Below are positions 23,248 to 37,600 of a stretch of DNA of 64,000 nucleotides, in pieces. The translations under genes were made by a program, and so were the position numbers. Where the stretch lies: assembly GCA_051362555.1 (NCBI GenBank), contig CM120643.1, forward strand, positions 25,176,848 to 25,240,847. Direction: 5' to 3'. This DNA is from Lingula anatina. Its lineage: Eukaryota > Animalia > Brachiopoda. The notes below the pieces were generated by a model, which had not been told where the DNA came from, did no database searches, and saw nothing but the letters and a program-made list of their open reading frames with translations. The stretch's first letter is position 1; each line of letters begins with the position of its first letter.

Positions 23248-25694
23248 GCTCAAACATCAACTGTGACAAAAGAATGTACTTAACTTACTCAGAGTAAAGA
23301 GGACTGAAACAAGGATATTATCTTTAAATCCTTGAAGTCAGTTTGGAGGAGATCGTAAAAAAAACAGGTTTTTAAAGTAGGAAGAGATCAGTCAATGTTT
23401 CTTCCATAAGTGGGAATATAGTTGACAGGGTACAAAGGTCCTATGCATGTTAAAATGTTCCATCCGGGATCAAAAGCAGTTAGTGCCGGATTACCCGTTC
23501 AAGTGGAGAGATGAAGCAAATTATTCAATGTCAAAAGTGGCATGTGGTATGCAGTTTATTTGAGGAGTATGTTGTAGAAGTTCTGACAACATGAGTATGA
23601 AACAACAGAATTGTATGATTTTCTATTTTTTATCCTCTTGTAAGACTAGCTGTAATCCAAAAGTGCTGCAGCAAGTGGTTTCATGTGAATAGAGCCCTGG
23701 GGATTTTTTCATTATTTTTAAGCTGCATCTTATTTGATAAAATGAAAGTGAGTGTTAGGCTCTACATGTATTCATCTTCTAATGGGTCTAGTTTGTACAA
23801 AACTTCCTTGAAAGGAAAAGAAACTTGAACATATTTCCTAAGCAAAAAAATTTGATTCACATCAAACAGTGCAATTTATGATCAAGACCTTGTGTGGCAG
23901 CGACATTCTAGATAGATCTGTTATTTCTGATTATAAATTATTTATTTAATGAATGAACTGCAAAACCACTGCTTCCCATTTTCCTTTTGCTCACTTTGTG
24001 TTGTCTCTGTCGTGTTCAGAATTGTTATGTATGTAGTCAAATCTGGTTATTTTCTTAATATTAGAATTTGTTGAAAACTGTCTAAAAGGAAAGATATATA
24101 TTTTTTCCATTCATAGATTTATTAAACACATTATTTCATGTAATTAACACTTAGAAATTACACATATAAAAAATATTAATGGAGCTGCACATTAACTGCA
24201 TTTATTCTTCTGGAAAAAAAGAAGTGAGTTTTTTTTTTTTTGATTAATCAGAGGGTATATATGAACACCTTTGCAAAACTCAATCCCCAAATTTATCAAA
24301 GAGTATAACACACTTAAGATTTTAGATGAGTAAGAATACTTGAACCAGCCCATATTTGAAACAATGCTAGACTTTTCTTTTGGTAAGGTCATGTAGGTTT
24401 CTCCATGAATATATTTGTATCAAATTTTATTTCTGCCGTGGATGCTTTTTCCAACGTCCATATTTGTTTTACTTTTGTTACTATTACCGTCCTGATTCTT
24501 AAAATTCTACTTGAGTTTTTCATCAGTAGGAGTGTAGTGTTTAGAAGCCGTCCTAATGCCAATGAACATTTGTAGCATCGATTTTTGAAAAGTTAAATAG
24601 TAATTCCTTTTTTTGTGTAGTTTTGATGTACAATATTTTTGTTAGATTGGATGTGTTTTATAAGAAGCATGTGTTTTTTTTTTCATAACATTTTTGTACT
24701 CATGCAACAACTAGTCACACTTATTTCTGTTTTCATTGTGGGTGCCCAAATGGATTTGTCGAAAACCATTCCACTTCCAAAAAGATGAAATGATGTATTT
24801 TCAGGTTGCTTTGTGATTTTGAAAGTTTTGTGAAATTAAACCATTTAAGGGTGTGTATGTGCAGTTTTCTCTGTTTTTCATACAACCTGTTGTAAAAGTT
24901 GAAACAACTGCAACTGCAATGCAGTAACTTTAAATTGCATATAGGTTTAACTCACTTTTGCAATATTGGTATGATATTTTAAAACCTTCTTTTTCTTCTT
25001 TATTCATGTGGCTGATAATTACTGAGTATGTATGGGAGTGGAAGAATTTGGAAGAATTTGTGTGAAATAAAAGCATTCCAAGTTTATTTTGGTGTCACTG
25101 AGTTGAATTGTACAAAATAATTTAGTATTATTTGTAATATAGTAAACAAACAATCACAAATATAGTCTATACTTAGTACAGTGTATAACACCTGAAGAAA
25201 AAGGCAGAGGACTGCTGAAAATTTCAGGTGATCTGGCTTTAGTTATCTCTAAATATGTGCAATTAGTGCATAGGTTCTCAAATTAATAAGGAATACCAAA
25301 GTTTCTATTTTAAAGAGAAAAATTCATAATACTGATACAGATGGTGGGACACTTTCACGCCTCTAGTAAGGGATTTACTTTCAGTCGAAAAACGGCTCCA
25401 AAGGAGTGATGTATCCGTTATCCAGAATCCCCGCTTAAAGAATTAATAATAAGACTAAATCCGTCAAAACATATGACCAGCTAAGAATGAATCTAATGCA
25501 GGGATTTGGATGAAAATAATAAAACAATGAGACTGGAATGCCAATGTAAACATGACCTATTTTTGTTAACTAGGTCATGCGAATCACAAAGGGGTACGCT
25601 TACACCTGTTTACGACATATCTCATGGGTGAAAGAAGATGACCTAAATATAGATATTTTTGGGGGCTGTGCATCACTGCAAAGTAAATGCCACA

Positions 25695-28600
25695 ATGAGT
25701 ACCAGGGAAAATTCACTGGCTTCGGTGACTTCTGACACTCTAAGTTCCTTCAGCATGAGGCTGCGCAAAATGTCAACAGCGAGTGCCCTGAATATTAATC
25801 CTATCTCTGACAGCAGAGTAAGTCGGAAGTTTCTGCAGCCGAACATGGCGTCTGACTGGGTAGAACGGGCTGCTGAAAGAGTGAGGAGGCTAGACGACTG
25901 GTATGGAGTAGGTAAGTATAAGACTGTGATTTTAGAAGAACAATGAGATGGGCTTGTTTTGGCGAGGAAATTTAAAGCAAACCGTGATTTGCTATTGAAT
26001 AAGTACGACTGAATCTTATGCCCTTGGCTTTCGTCCTTGAAACTATGGATGCAAGGGGGGGGGGGCGTTCTAAATTTGAACACACAGAGGTTAGTAATAT
26101 CGAACAATTCAACAAAGTTTTTGATGTTATAGTCTTAAAGTAGTGTGGTTCTAATGGCAGTTTTATTTGAAGGAGAGAATGAGCTTGGTAAGCTTAATTA
26201 ACTGCTACAGTATACGTGTACTCTTGGTAATATTGCACAGTTTTTTTTTGTCTCTGGCATTTCCGTTCATATTTTTTGTAATTTACAGAGTGGAAGCCAT
26301 TAGTATGTATAACACCACTGAAGTAATGATTATGTACAATCAGAACCAAATTTAAAAGAATAGAATACATATTAATATAAATGAAAGGATGTAAGTGCTA
26401 CCTAGATGTGAATTCCAAACTGTTTATTTCATGTAATGCTACCAACAGTTGTACTTTTATCATATTATTTCCTTTTAAAATTAACCATGTATCTCCTGTG
26501 TTTCAGTTAAAAGACAGTTGATGATCCACCAGAATGCTGCCACTGGTTTATTTCCCTGTAACTTGGCCAAGGCTCCCAATGAAGCCCATGTTAGGGACAG
26601 TGTATACTGTGCTGCAGCCATATGGGCACTCTCACTGGCATACAGGTCAGGAAATAAGCACACACATGCATGCACGTGCAAACATGTCTACACATGTGCA
26701 CATACACATAACAGTGATAATTGGCTGGGATTAAAACACTCAAAAATTATGATGCACATGTTTTAATTTTATGTCATACTTTGCTATCATAGGAAACAAG
26801 ATGACGACCAGGGGCGTACATATGAACTTGGCCAGTCTACTGTGAAGTGCATGAGAGGAATCTTAGCCTGTTGGATGCAGCAAGCAGACAGGGTAAGTGT
26901 TGTATCAACCACTGTGACATAGAGCTCCATGTAATGAATGAGAATTTATAGCATTAATATCTTGATGAATGTTTCAACCAGGCCACTGTAGATTGTGAGG
27001 GGGGATCAGCAGATACCTTTGTTTATTATTTCAAAAAAAATTCCAAAAGGTGATTTTGAAGTGCAAGACAAAATAAATAGTCATTGGTTTTTTAACAAAG
27101 TAAATGCATTATTGATTATGTGAGGAATGGTGTTTTTGGTCCTTAAAAAAAGCTGGTCATTATATGCGTCTTTGCCACCTCAGTGTTATGCAACCAACAC
27201 TGTGAATTAAGGATAATGATCGTAACTTTTGCTTTCAACACTAGGTGGAGCAGTTCAAACACAGCCAAAGTGCCAAGACAGCCTTACATTCAAAGTTTAA
27301 CATAAAAACTGGTGCTGTTGTAGTGGGAGATGGGGAATACCAACATTTGCAGGTAATTTTTGTCCTCTTCATTGCTTTATTATTTATATTTTGGCTATTC
27401 ATGTCGTTAAAATATTCAATTGTCAATATCCTTGTTGATGTGGTTAAAATACAATTAATATTTATTCCTTGTGTTGGGCGTGCCAATAACATTTTTAAAT
27501 AGTTGATCATTCAATTCATTGTAACGCAAATTATACTGTCATCACCATTAATTTTACATTTCGAACTATGCCCTTTACCGTGTTATACTGAGAGAATTGA
27601 ATGCCATTTTATCACACTTGTTCCAGATTGACTGTGTGGCTCAGTACGTTTTGTTCTTGGTACAGATGATCTCATCGGGTCTGCAGGTATGTCCTTTCAC
27701 CTTGAGCTTGAGATCTTAAAGTTGAAAAACAATTACAAATGTATATCCCATCTAAATCCATTGATAAAATCACGCTAGGTAAACTCATTTTTGAGTCTTA
27801 AATTTCTAACTTTTACCATCAGAAGAGAAATTCGCCCGTCTCTATCTCAATTAGAAGAGTGACCTAAAAACTAGAAACTTGGAGCTCAAAATCAAGTTTA
27901 TGTATCATTATGCTTTAAATGGTTTTGGATATTGTAGTTAAGGAAAAAGAGTTGGAAGTTCAAGGAAAATTACAATATTGAAACAATTTCAATTTATTTT
28001 CCACCGTAGAAAACAACTACAGTTCCAGATATTTGTAATGTTTCTGTTATAAAAGAAGTAAGTTATTTTAATTGATCCTCCATTGTGAAAGGAAGTACCA
28101 CATATTTTAATATGTATATATTTATATTTTTCAGATTATCTATACCACAGATGAAGTGAATTTTGTTCAGAACTTGGTGTACTACCTGGAGAGGGCGTAC
28201 AGGACTCCAGACTATGGGATGTGGGAGAGAGGCACCAAGTACAACAATGGCAACAGTGAGCTGCATGCCAGGTATGGAAGATGTCAAAAGTTGTCTCAGT
28301 TTTTGAGGATTGGATTTTTTTTCTTAGAAATGAGCTTAAAAATTGAGCTTAAGAAATGAGCTTAAAAATTTGAATATTGTTTAACTTGAATATTAGCATT
28401 ATTCAGACCAACTGTTTGTTTTAAAAATGTCCCAAGTTATAGAGTCTGCTGCAGACCTGCACCAAGTACAACAAAGGCAATGGTGAATTGCAAGCCAAAA
28501 TGTGAACAGGAATATTTACTGGAATTTTTCTGAAAATGAAAAAAATTTTTTCAATTTTGACTGATTTTTTTGTACTTTTCAAGCATGATATTTAGTAATC

Positions 28601-31600
28601 AGCTTGTTCTGAGATTCATTTCTCACTAATTAAAAATCATAAAATTATCTGTGTAAACTCAAAAATGAAATGTACAGAGTTTCCTCCTAAGCCTTACTGA
28701 TAATAATTATATATAACACAAAAAATGACATTCTACCCTGAGCCCAGTTTCACACACAACTTCAGATATGAAGAGAGCATGCTGAGCAACATTGTGGATC
28801 TCACTTTCCTTACAGTTGGTAACATTGCAATTTCATTTCAGCTCCATAGGGATGGCAAAGGCAGCCCTGGAAGCTATCAATGGTTTCAATGTCTTTGGTG
28901 ACAGTGGTGCCTCCTGGTCTGTTATATATGTTGATGTGGACGCCCACAACAGAAATAGGACAATCTTTGACTCCATGTTGCCAAGAGAATCCAATTCCAA
29001 GGTGTGTGATGAAAATGTTTTCATATTTTGTATTTGGCTTTCATTTGCATTTAAGTGCAACTGTTGTAATATTGTAATGCTTAACTGTAAAGTGATTGCT
29101 TTTAATAACAGGAACATGTATATTCAAGCAAACCTCTGTTAAAGAACTGCTGGTATGTGTTTACGTGAAAACTCTGTTTAAAAACTTGTGGTATATGGTC
29201 ATACTGTTGTGCATAATAAACAATTAAAATCACCCTCCAGAGTAAAAATTGCTCCATACAACTTTTTATTGAAATGTGACACCTGATTCGATTTTTTCTA
29301 CTCCAGAACACAGACTGCTCTCTGATTCCTGTGGTCTCCTGGCCTGCCTTTGCCCTTCATGATGAGAATCTCAGACAACGCACCATAGACAAGGCTGTAC
29401 GCAAACTGAAAGGAACCAGTGGCATGAAAAGGTTTCTGAGGGATGGCTATGGCACAGTGGTGGAAGACAAAAGCAGGAAGTACTACAGGCCAGCAGAAAT
29501 AAAGGTGTGATGCTCTGATTGGCTGTTTTTAGGTGGTAGTAAAATTAATCTTATTTGACTTGTTATGATATGAAAAGGTTTTAAAGATATAAACATCATT
29601 GATAGAAACCACTTGTATTTGTAAATTTTCCTGTTTTCAATTGCAGTTGATGGAATTATAATTGAAAAAAGAAGTGTAAGGTCAGTTATTATCTAAAAAC
29701 CCACATTCAAGCTTTTTTGTTATTGAACTTGAATTAATAATAAAAATATATGCAAATTGCCTTCTACTTTGAAATCACTGATTTTGCTTTTACATTGTTA
29801 ATAAGTTTTTTTCCTTATTCCAGAATTTTGATGGTATTGAATGTGAGTGGCCCCTATTTTTCCTGTATATGATAATTGATGGTGAGTTTTTTACAACAGT
29901 TTCAGCTTGGGCATTACAACTTTTTCATGACTTTGACAGAATTCTTGTTTTGCTTAACTGGTAAAGTCCAATATGCCTTTTGCAGCTAAATGACTAGATG
30001 TTGACTTCTATTGTTTACTAAAGAGCTTGCTCCCCAGCATTCTTTAGTAAACAAAAAAGTCAATGTCTAGTCTTCTAGCTGCAAAGACCTATCAGCATCA
30101 CTTGTTGTTAATTTAAATTCGCTTTTCTCTAAATGCAGGAATCTTCAAGAATGACCAGGAGAAAGTGAAGCAATACACAGAGCTAGTCAAACCATTACTG
30201 GCATTCACACCTGATGGTGAGTCATGCTTGCATAGAACACTTTAATTTGAGAAAAACTTTATTTATACATTACTGTTATAGTGATTGTGTGAGTCTATTC
30301 CCTGTTTAGAATCCAAACTGCCTAAAAGTATCACATGCAGTACATGCTATTATAAGATTAACAAGTTTCTTGAAGGTGTCATGAAATGAGTGTTCAAGTT
30401 ATGATAAGTGTTGACATGCAAGAATTTCTCACACAGTATGATTAGAGTCTCTCTCCCCCCCCCCCCTCTCTCTCTCTCTCAATCAATCAGTCAATCAATC
30501 AATCAATCAAAATTACACTGTTCAATCTTTCCTGAATTCTCCAATTTTCAAATTCTTCTTCTAGGAGTGATAGTCCCCAAGTATTTCTACGTGCCCCTGG
30601 ATCTGGTGGATGCAGAGAAGGAGAAGCCAGGCAGTCAGATGAGGGAACCCAGCACAGAGGAGGACACGGGGCACCTGTTTCTGTGGGGACAGGCAGTGTA
30701 CATCATCTCACAACTATTGTGTAAGTCCACAGCATTTTACAGCAGCTGATTTCTCAAGGAATGTTTTCATTTTATTTTATGATCAAGATAATGGTAGTTT
30801 TGAAAATATTTTCCTGATGAAATGAAAAGGAGAATTTAATGGGTTATGTTAGAAATTAAATTAAACAAATTTGTTTTTTGAATGTTGATAAAATGAAAAA
30901 AAAATGTCTTTGACTTATAAAATGTTTTTGTGGTCATAGCTTTTGTTGTCGGTAGTGTTGGTGTGCTAAAAGTGCTTATTGCTTTAAATACATGTAAAAA
31001 TGATTAGGTTAAAAATGTGTTTTCTTGTGCACCGTTTTAAGTGGGATGAAGCATTGTGTCTTTAACAAAAATTCATGTGTAGTGCCAGTGTCAACTAGGT
31101 CTTAAACAAGAATATTTTGAATGAAATTTGTTTAAACTTTACAATGATGTGATTAATCTGCTTCACACGCTGACATGCCAGTTGAAGGACTCGTGTTGCG
31201 ATCAGAACTGGACCCAGCAAAGCGCCACCTACAGGCCCATGCCAGACCTCGCCATAGTTTGCGTTACTCCTTCTTTCAGGTGAACTGCATGTTGGTCTAG
31301 GTGGTTGTGTATCGTAGTTGTAGAATGTTGATTTTCTGTTTGCCACCATGATAATGTTTGACTTGTTAAGTTTTTGTGCCTTTGTTGAAGAACAAATACA
31401 AGACCCATGAGAGGTGAACCTAATAAACACTGGACTGTGAATTTCCTGGTAATTCTCCTACAATTATCTGTATTGTCAGATGAACAAAGCACCTGCACCG
31501 AAATTGTCTTCGTCCCATTTCTTGCATCAGATTCGAGTCCCATGTCATTTCTATGTGTACCCTGAACATCCCTTGCACCAAGAACAAGCAATTATGATCT

Positions 31601-34600
31601 TTTTAAATGTATTTTGTATTTTTTTATTTTGCATCATTTTCAGCTAGCCTGCATTTTTTTTTTCATTTTTTAGCTTCATTGCGCTGTTTTAGTAAAACTG
31701 TTTAGCTGTAGAGCTGCTGTTTAAGTTGAGTATGACAGGACTGTCATGTAACAGTGCTGCCATCTTTTGTTTTAGTTAAAAACTAATACTTGATGCCTTT
31801 CTTTTCTAGGCAATATGAAAGTAAAGAGATATGAAGACTTTTACTTGTCTTGCAAGCTGCTGCATTTGTATACAATGCTTTGAATATGTGAACTGTGCCA
31901 ATATTGTGCAAATATTGTAAAAATGTGCCAAATGGTTGTCATTTTGTTTGCATGTAGTTGAGAATTTGGTTCATCCAGCCGAATTGGATCCCATCAAGCG
32001 CCACCTTCCCGCTGCCGCTCGCCCCCGACAGAGCACTCGTTATTCCTTCTTCCAGGTTAGTTGGCACACCAAGCAAACCATTCCATATTCAATCCAATCC
32101 TCTTCCACACAACACTCCCAGGTTCAGGGTCTTTTGTCCACCTTTCTTCTTAACCCAGGTGTTTAGCCAGGATTTTGGAACAGATTATCCAAATCTAAAT
32201 CAGTTATATTATGGAAAGGGGGAGGGGGGGGTAATACTGAGAATTTTAAAAAGCAGTCCAGCCATGAAAATATTGTCCAACCAAATGACTAGACACCATG
32301 GTGTCAAAACCCTTGCTCTAACCAAAGTGGATGTTTTGACCCATCCAGTCATGTTATACTAATGGAAAATTGAGTCTAGCGTTGGATCTTATATTGAAAC
32401 AGAGATCACAATGTTTTTAACCTTATCACAAGGCCTTCTTTGGGTGAACTGATTTGGAGTTGTGTATTCTGTTGCAAAATAAGATCCAGTACTTGATTTA
32501 GCTCCTCTTTACGTCAATAAATTTTATCAGGTTGGGTCATCAGGTTATTGGCATGGGTCATTCCACAACCAAAGTAAACATTGGAGCCATGTCAGTGAGG
32601 CACATTTGTCGGTTATGTTTGCATAATTTTGACTTGCCCCATTATTTTTGCTGTCTTGTGCTAAATATATTTATAGTACCCCACAATATGGAAAGAAATT
32701 AATTGTGATCAAATGTTTATCAATACAGTCATGCAAATATTATAATACCAATTATGGGCATCACTGATGTGACTCAAAAGGTCACTTTTTATGGAACGGC
32801 TCCTATGTAATTTGATCACTTGTTGATGATGTTTTAAGCCTCATACCCATCATGGTGTGACAGTGAAGAAAGCTCTACCTCCCAACCTATAACAACTCCC
32901 ACTTTAAAAACACTACCAGTTTTGAATTAACATAACACACACTTGATTACTCTGGCTTACCAGTGTGACAGACCTCCTACTTTGTGGGAGTTTGTTGAAA
33001 CATCAACACACAGACATCAAAAATATTATCAGCAACATATTGGTTACTCATAGGTGTTTGCAAGTCATGAGTAGAAGTGCATGGCATGTATTGCATTTCC
33101 AAAAGTGAAATGAAGGAATGTACTGCAAGATGTTTTTGAAATAGTGGCAGTTTGTTGATGTTTTGTTATTGCTGCTTTTAATTTACCTTTGTTCATCAAC
33201 CTCAGTGGTTTTACAACCTTTTTTTTTTCGGTTTCGTGTTGAAATTTTATTTGACTTTTCTCAACTAATACTTGTTGAACAAATTCTTGATTTAAATACT
33301 AGCAGCGTTACCAACAAATCAGTTAACAAAATAAAAAATCACTGTTGTTTATCTTGTCGTAAACAATAGCAATTGAAATTGAAGATATCAGTTGTCAGAA
33401 ATATGATGTAAGTACATAAATATCTGAAGTTGGTAACCCTGTCATAGTATATTGCTTATGTTGAGGAAGAGAAGGTCAAATTTCTGAAGAATTTCCATAA
33501 ATTGTTATTTTTGTACTCTTTTCATGAGATGTTTATTTGTTTTTAAGCACCAGGTAAGTATTATAAGCACACTATATTGCAGTCACTTATGTTGCTACAG
33601 ATATTACACAAAATATGAGTATTTTTTTGTTTGGCTTACCTTCCACTGTTAATATCACGCTTTCCTTAATCAATTCGAATAGTGCTTATTGGTGAGATTT
33701 TACAGGGCATTTTCTATAGCGAACAGTGACATCATTATATATATAGGTCTGCAGGTTTGGGGATAGGATTTCATTTGCACTGCAGGTAATAGATAGAAAC
33801 AGAATGCTTGAGTTGTTGTTTTACTTTAAATTTGCTGAACAATTAATCACAAGTTTAATGATGTTACTATTTTTAAACAACACTCTAACAATCTTTAATG
33901 TAGTGCTCCTTTCATGTTATGAAATATTGATTCAGAGTTCAGAGTTAAATGTGAAGACCTTTCCTCTGAGTAAATATTTACTTATGAACCATGTCTCTGT
34001 TGAAATATTGGAGTTATCAAATGGTATAAGTTCTTAGACCAGTTTGATTATTCAAAGGGATGCATCTGCCTGCAATTTTCTTTACTCTGGTTTAAAATGA
34101 TATAATTCAATTGAAATGGATTTTTTTGCCAACTGATGAATGTGTGTGCGAGCGTATGCACATGCCTGTGCAAATGTGTATGAATAGACCACGTGCAAGG
34201 GTGTACGTTATACAGACAAATAAGTAGAATATTCTTATTAAATAGCTTTGATGTAAAATTGACTGATTACCCACTTTTACGCTTTTCTTTTCTTTCTCTC
34301 TAGGAGATGGTGGTACGTAATCCATATTAAAGTTCTGCAATTAACTGATAATCTTGATCTTGGCTTGTGTTGATTTTCTGATGACAGTAAAGTTCACTAT
34401 CTTTCTATAAACATTACAAGTTTCTATTTTGTCTTGAATTTCAAGAAGATTTTTAAAAATGATTATAGATTAATTTCTCAGTTTTTGGTCAATGAATGGT
34501 ATGGTTTTTGTGAGAAAGATATTGAACTGTATGCAACACCCTGCTTCTCAACAATCAGTGCTGTTTGTAATAATTATTCTGATTTGGACTGTTTGAAGGA

Positions 34601-37600
34601 CCAATATACAATTCTGTCTTAACAAGGCTTGGGTTATCAAAATTCATTTGTTGATGATCAGATTTATTTCATTAAAAAAATGACAGTCCATCAGAATTAT
34701 TATCTGTTCAACATCATTTCAAAATGTTAGGGTTTTTTTTCATTTGGCCAGCTTTGTATGATATTTATATCTATATATAGCCAGAGCAGCGTATCTTTAG
34801 TGTAGATGGGGGGCAGGTGGGCTTATTGCAGTGTTTTGAGCTGTGTTCACATCAAGACTAAGTTGAACCAGAAATAGACATCATAAGTCTACCATATTGC
34901 TGTGATGTAATCTGGTCACATTATACATGTATTGTGAAGTAAGTCCTAATGTGAGCACGGTTTAGTTTTACTGTTACAGAAAATTTGTAGTTTTAAAGGG
35001 CCAGTTAGCATCACTGAGAGGCTACTTTTTGGAGGGGAAATCTGTAAGATCTTTGGGGAAATCAGTGAGAAGAATGATAATGTTTATGTGTTTAGGGAGT
35101 GGTGAAGTTAATGAGAAGGTTCATTCTAACATGTTCTTTGATATCAACTTAATTTTAATTAGTTTTAAAAGTTTGCCGCTATCATAATCAGAAACTAATT
35201 TTCTTCAAAATTTTAGGATGGGATTTTTTTTCTTTTTTTTTTTTTGGGGGGGGGGGGGGTGGGGGGAGTGAAAAGAGTTTAACATGTTGGCTTGACCCCA
35301 CTAGAGATTTTTTCCTTTTTTATGGACATGTTACAGTTTGGACATTTTTTGAAAGTTTAATTTTTTTCGACAATTTATTGGAACATTGTTGCTTGTTATT
35401 AACTTGTTTATGTTAAATAAGAAAGTTGGATGTTTCACAGTTTTCTGTTCAGCTTAAGGTGTTGGTTCAGATTACATATGGATGACTCTGATATAGATAT
35501 TGTTCATTTTGATTGAAATGATATTTTGATTGGTGAATAATGTTTTTGATTAAAAGATCTGGAACTTGATTTTCAGTGTGGGGCAACTGGACATTTACTC
35601 TGTGTGCGTTCAATGTGTACATAAATATGCATATCAGATATCTATTATAATATCAAATATCCATAATAAGTTAATCTTGAAATCTTCTTTATTCCACTCA
35701 CATCTCTCTCTCGTTCCCATTCTTTCTCTCACTCTTTCTCTTATTTTTTCTCAGTCTATCTCTCAAAAAAAAAAATGAATAAATAAATAAAAATAAAAAT
35801 AAAAAAAGCAACAAACATATTACACCATTATATGCCATATGGTGTGCTTTTTGTTGATGAAATTATTAGGCTAAGCATATTTGCAAGTATATGAAACTGC
35901 AAGCATATTTGCTAGTATATAAAATTATTAGCATATTTTGATATTGAATTAGCATAGCTGCTTTATATGAAGAAGTTATATTTATTACAGTGGCACAATA
36001 CTTGCATTCCTTATTTACATCCATATAAGGAATAAATTGCATAACAATGTATTTAATCACCAAGGAAAAACGTACTAGCTCCAGTGTACAAGTTCAACAT
36101 TTTGACAAAGCTCTTTTAACAAAAACAAGACTTCTGAGATATTTATATCCTCCCTCTTTTTGTTCTAAATGTAATATGCATTAGTTATACTAGCAAGCAT
36201 GATATTTGTATCTACAGAATACCCGAGTCTTTCTCTGATTTTGTAAAATTTTGTGTGCAGAAATTGAATAGTAGTTACCATGTTTTTCAAGTTGCTGTAC
36301 ATGTACCAGTAATAGCTGTGAAAATATATGTACTCCAATATTTTTGATATCTTAGCTAAGACTGAGTCATTAGACAGTCAAACATCCTCTTTAAACATTT
36401 TTCCCTGAGTGTGTAATGGTTCTGATATTTGGTCTTAGAAATAGTAAGCTTAACTTGTAGATGAAGAACCCAGTTTACACAACTAATGACCAATTTTTAG
36501 AATAAGTGAATATTTGTTTAATATTGTGTATGAAATAATTTTATACTGTGTTGTAGAGTAAGCACTCTTCTCAAACTCAATCATCTATAGCTTTCATGTT
36601 CGATTCTTTGTTACATTTGATTAATTAGAAGTTAATCAGTGATTGAATACCATTTTTTCTGCTCTCTCATTCAAGGCTTAGTATAACTTTTGCAATTTTA
36701 CTAAATTTATATTTGTAAGGAGTTGTCTCAGAAAATGATGAATTTGTCATTTTCCTAAAACGTGCTGTTACGGTTACTTACATCAGTACACTTTCCCTGT
36801 GGTTGAAATAACTGAGTCTTTCCCTCTCTTCTCTGAGATGAAGTCAGTCAAGTGTCTTAAACACATATTAGAAATAACCTTTACTGTTATCCTGTGTTCC
36901 AGGGTACAGCAAACGACCTAATCGTGCAGATCGTTCTCATAGCCGAGAGCGTGAGACTACAGCAGATGTTGGCAAACTACGGCATTCTCACCCAGACTCC
37001 CCACGAGATTGAACCCATACAGGTGTGGTCACCTAACGAACTGACCAAAGCCTTCAGCTACCTGGGGATAAACAACAAGCTGGGCCTGACTGGACGTCCA
37101 CTGAGGCCAGTTGGTGGACTGGGCACGTCTAAGGTCAGTGAGCAGACCTTAATTATATTAGATTTTAAAAGAAAATAATGAAATAAGAATTGATTTGTTT
37201 TTGATGCAAACTGACTAGTACTGCAGCATTAATATTATGTGGCACACATGAGAAACTTGTCATCTTCATTACCCTATATATATGCAATAACTGTAATACT
37301 GTGACTAATTATGATCATTTAACTTGAGTATGTGTGTATTCTGTAACATTTCAGTTATACCAAGTGTGTGGTCACATTGTGGTGTGTTTTCCACTGTTAT
37401 TTGAGCTCAGTGATTTCTATCTCTCTCAAGACATGACTTATGTCATTGATGATGTTAAGGTAAGTTGCTAACTAAATTTATCTTTTATAAAACTATTACA
37501 ACATGTACGGTTCTTAGTTTGATAAACTTTGGAAATTGCGAGATAATTTTCACAGAATTAGGAGCTGATTTCTTGTGTGCCCCTGACCTTGCGTATCTCC

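Noticed and set aside
33706-33785. Possible poison exon (tttacag|GGC...TGA...ctgcag|gtaata) in the long PHKB intron
   Set aside because: Weak pyrimidine tract; such AG/GT pairs are common by chance.
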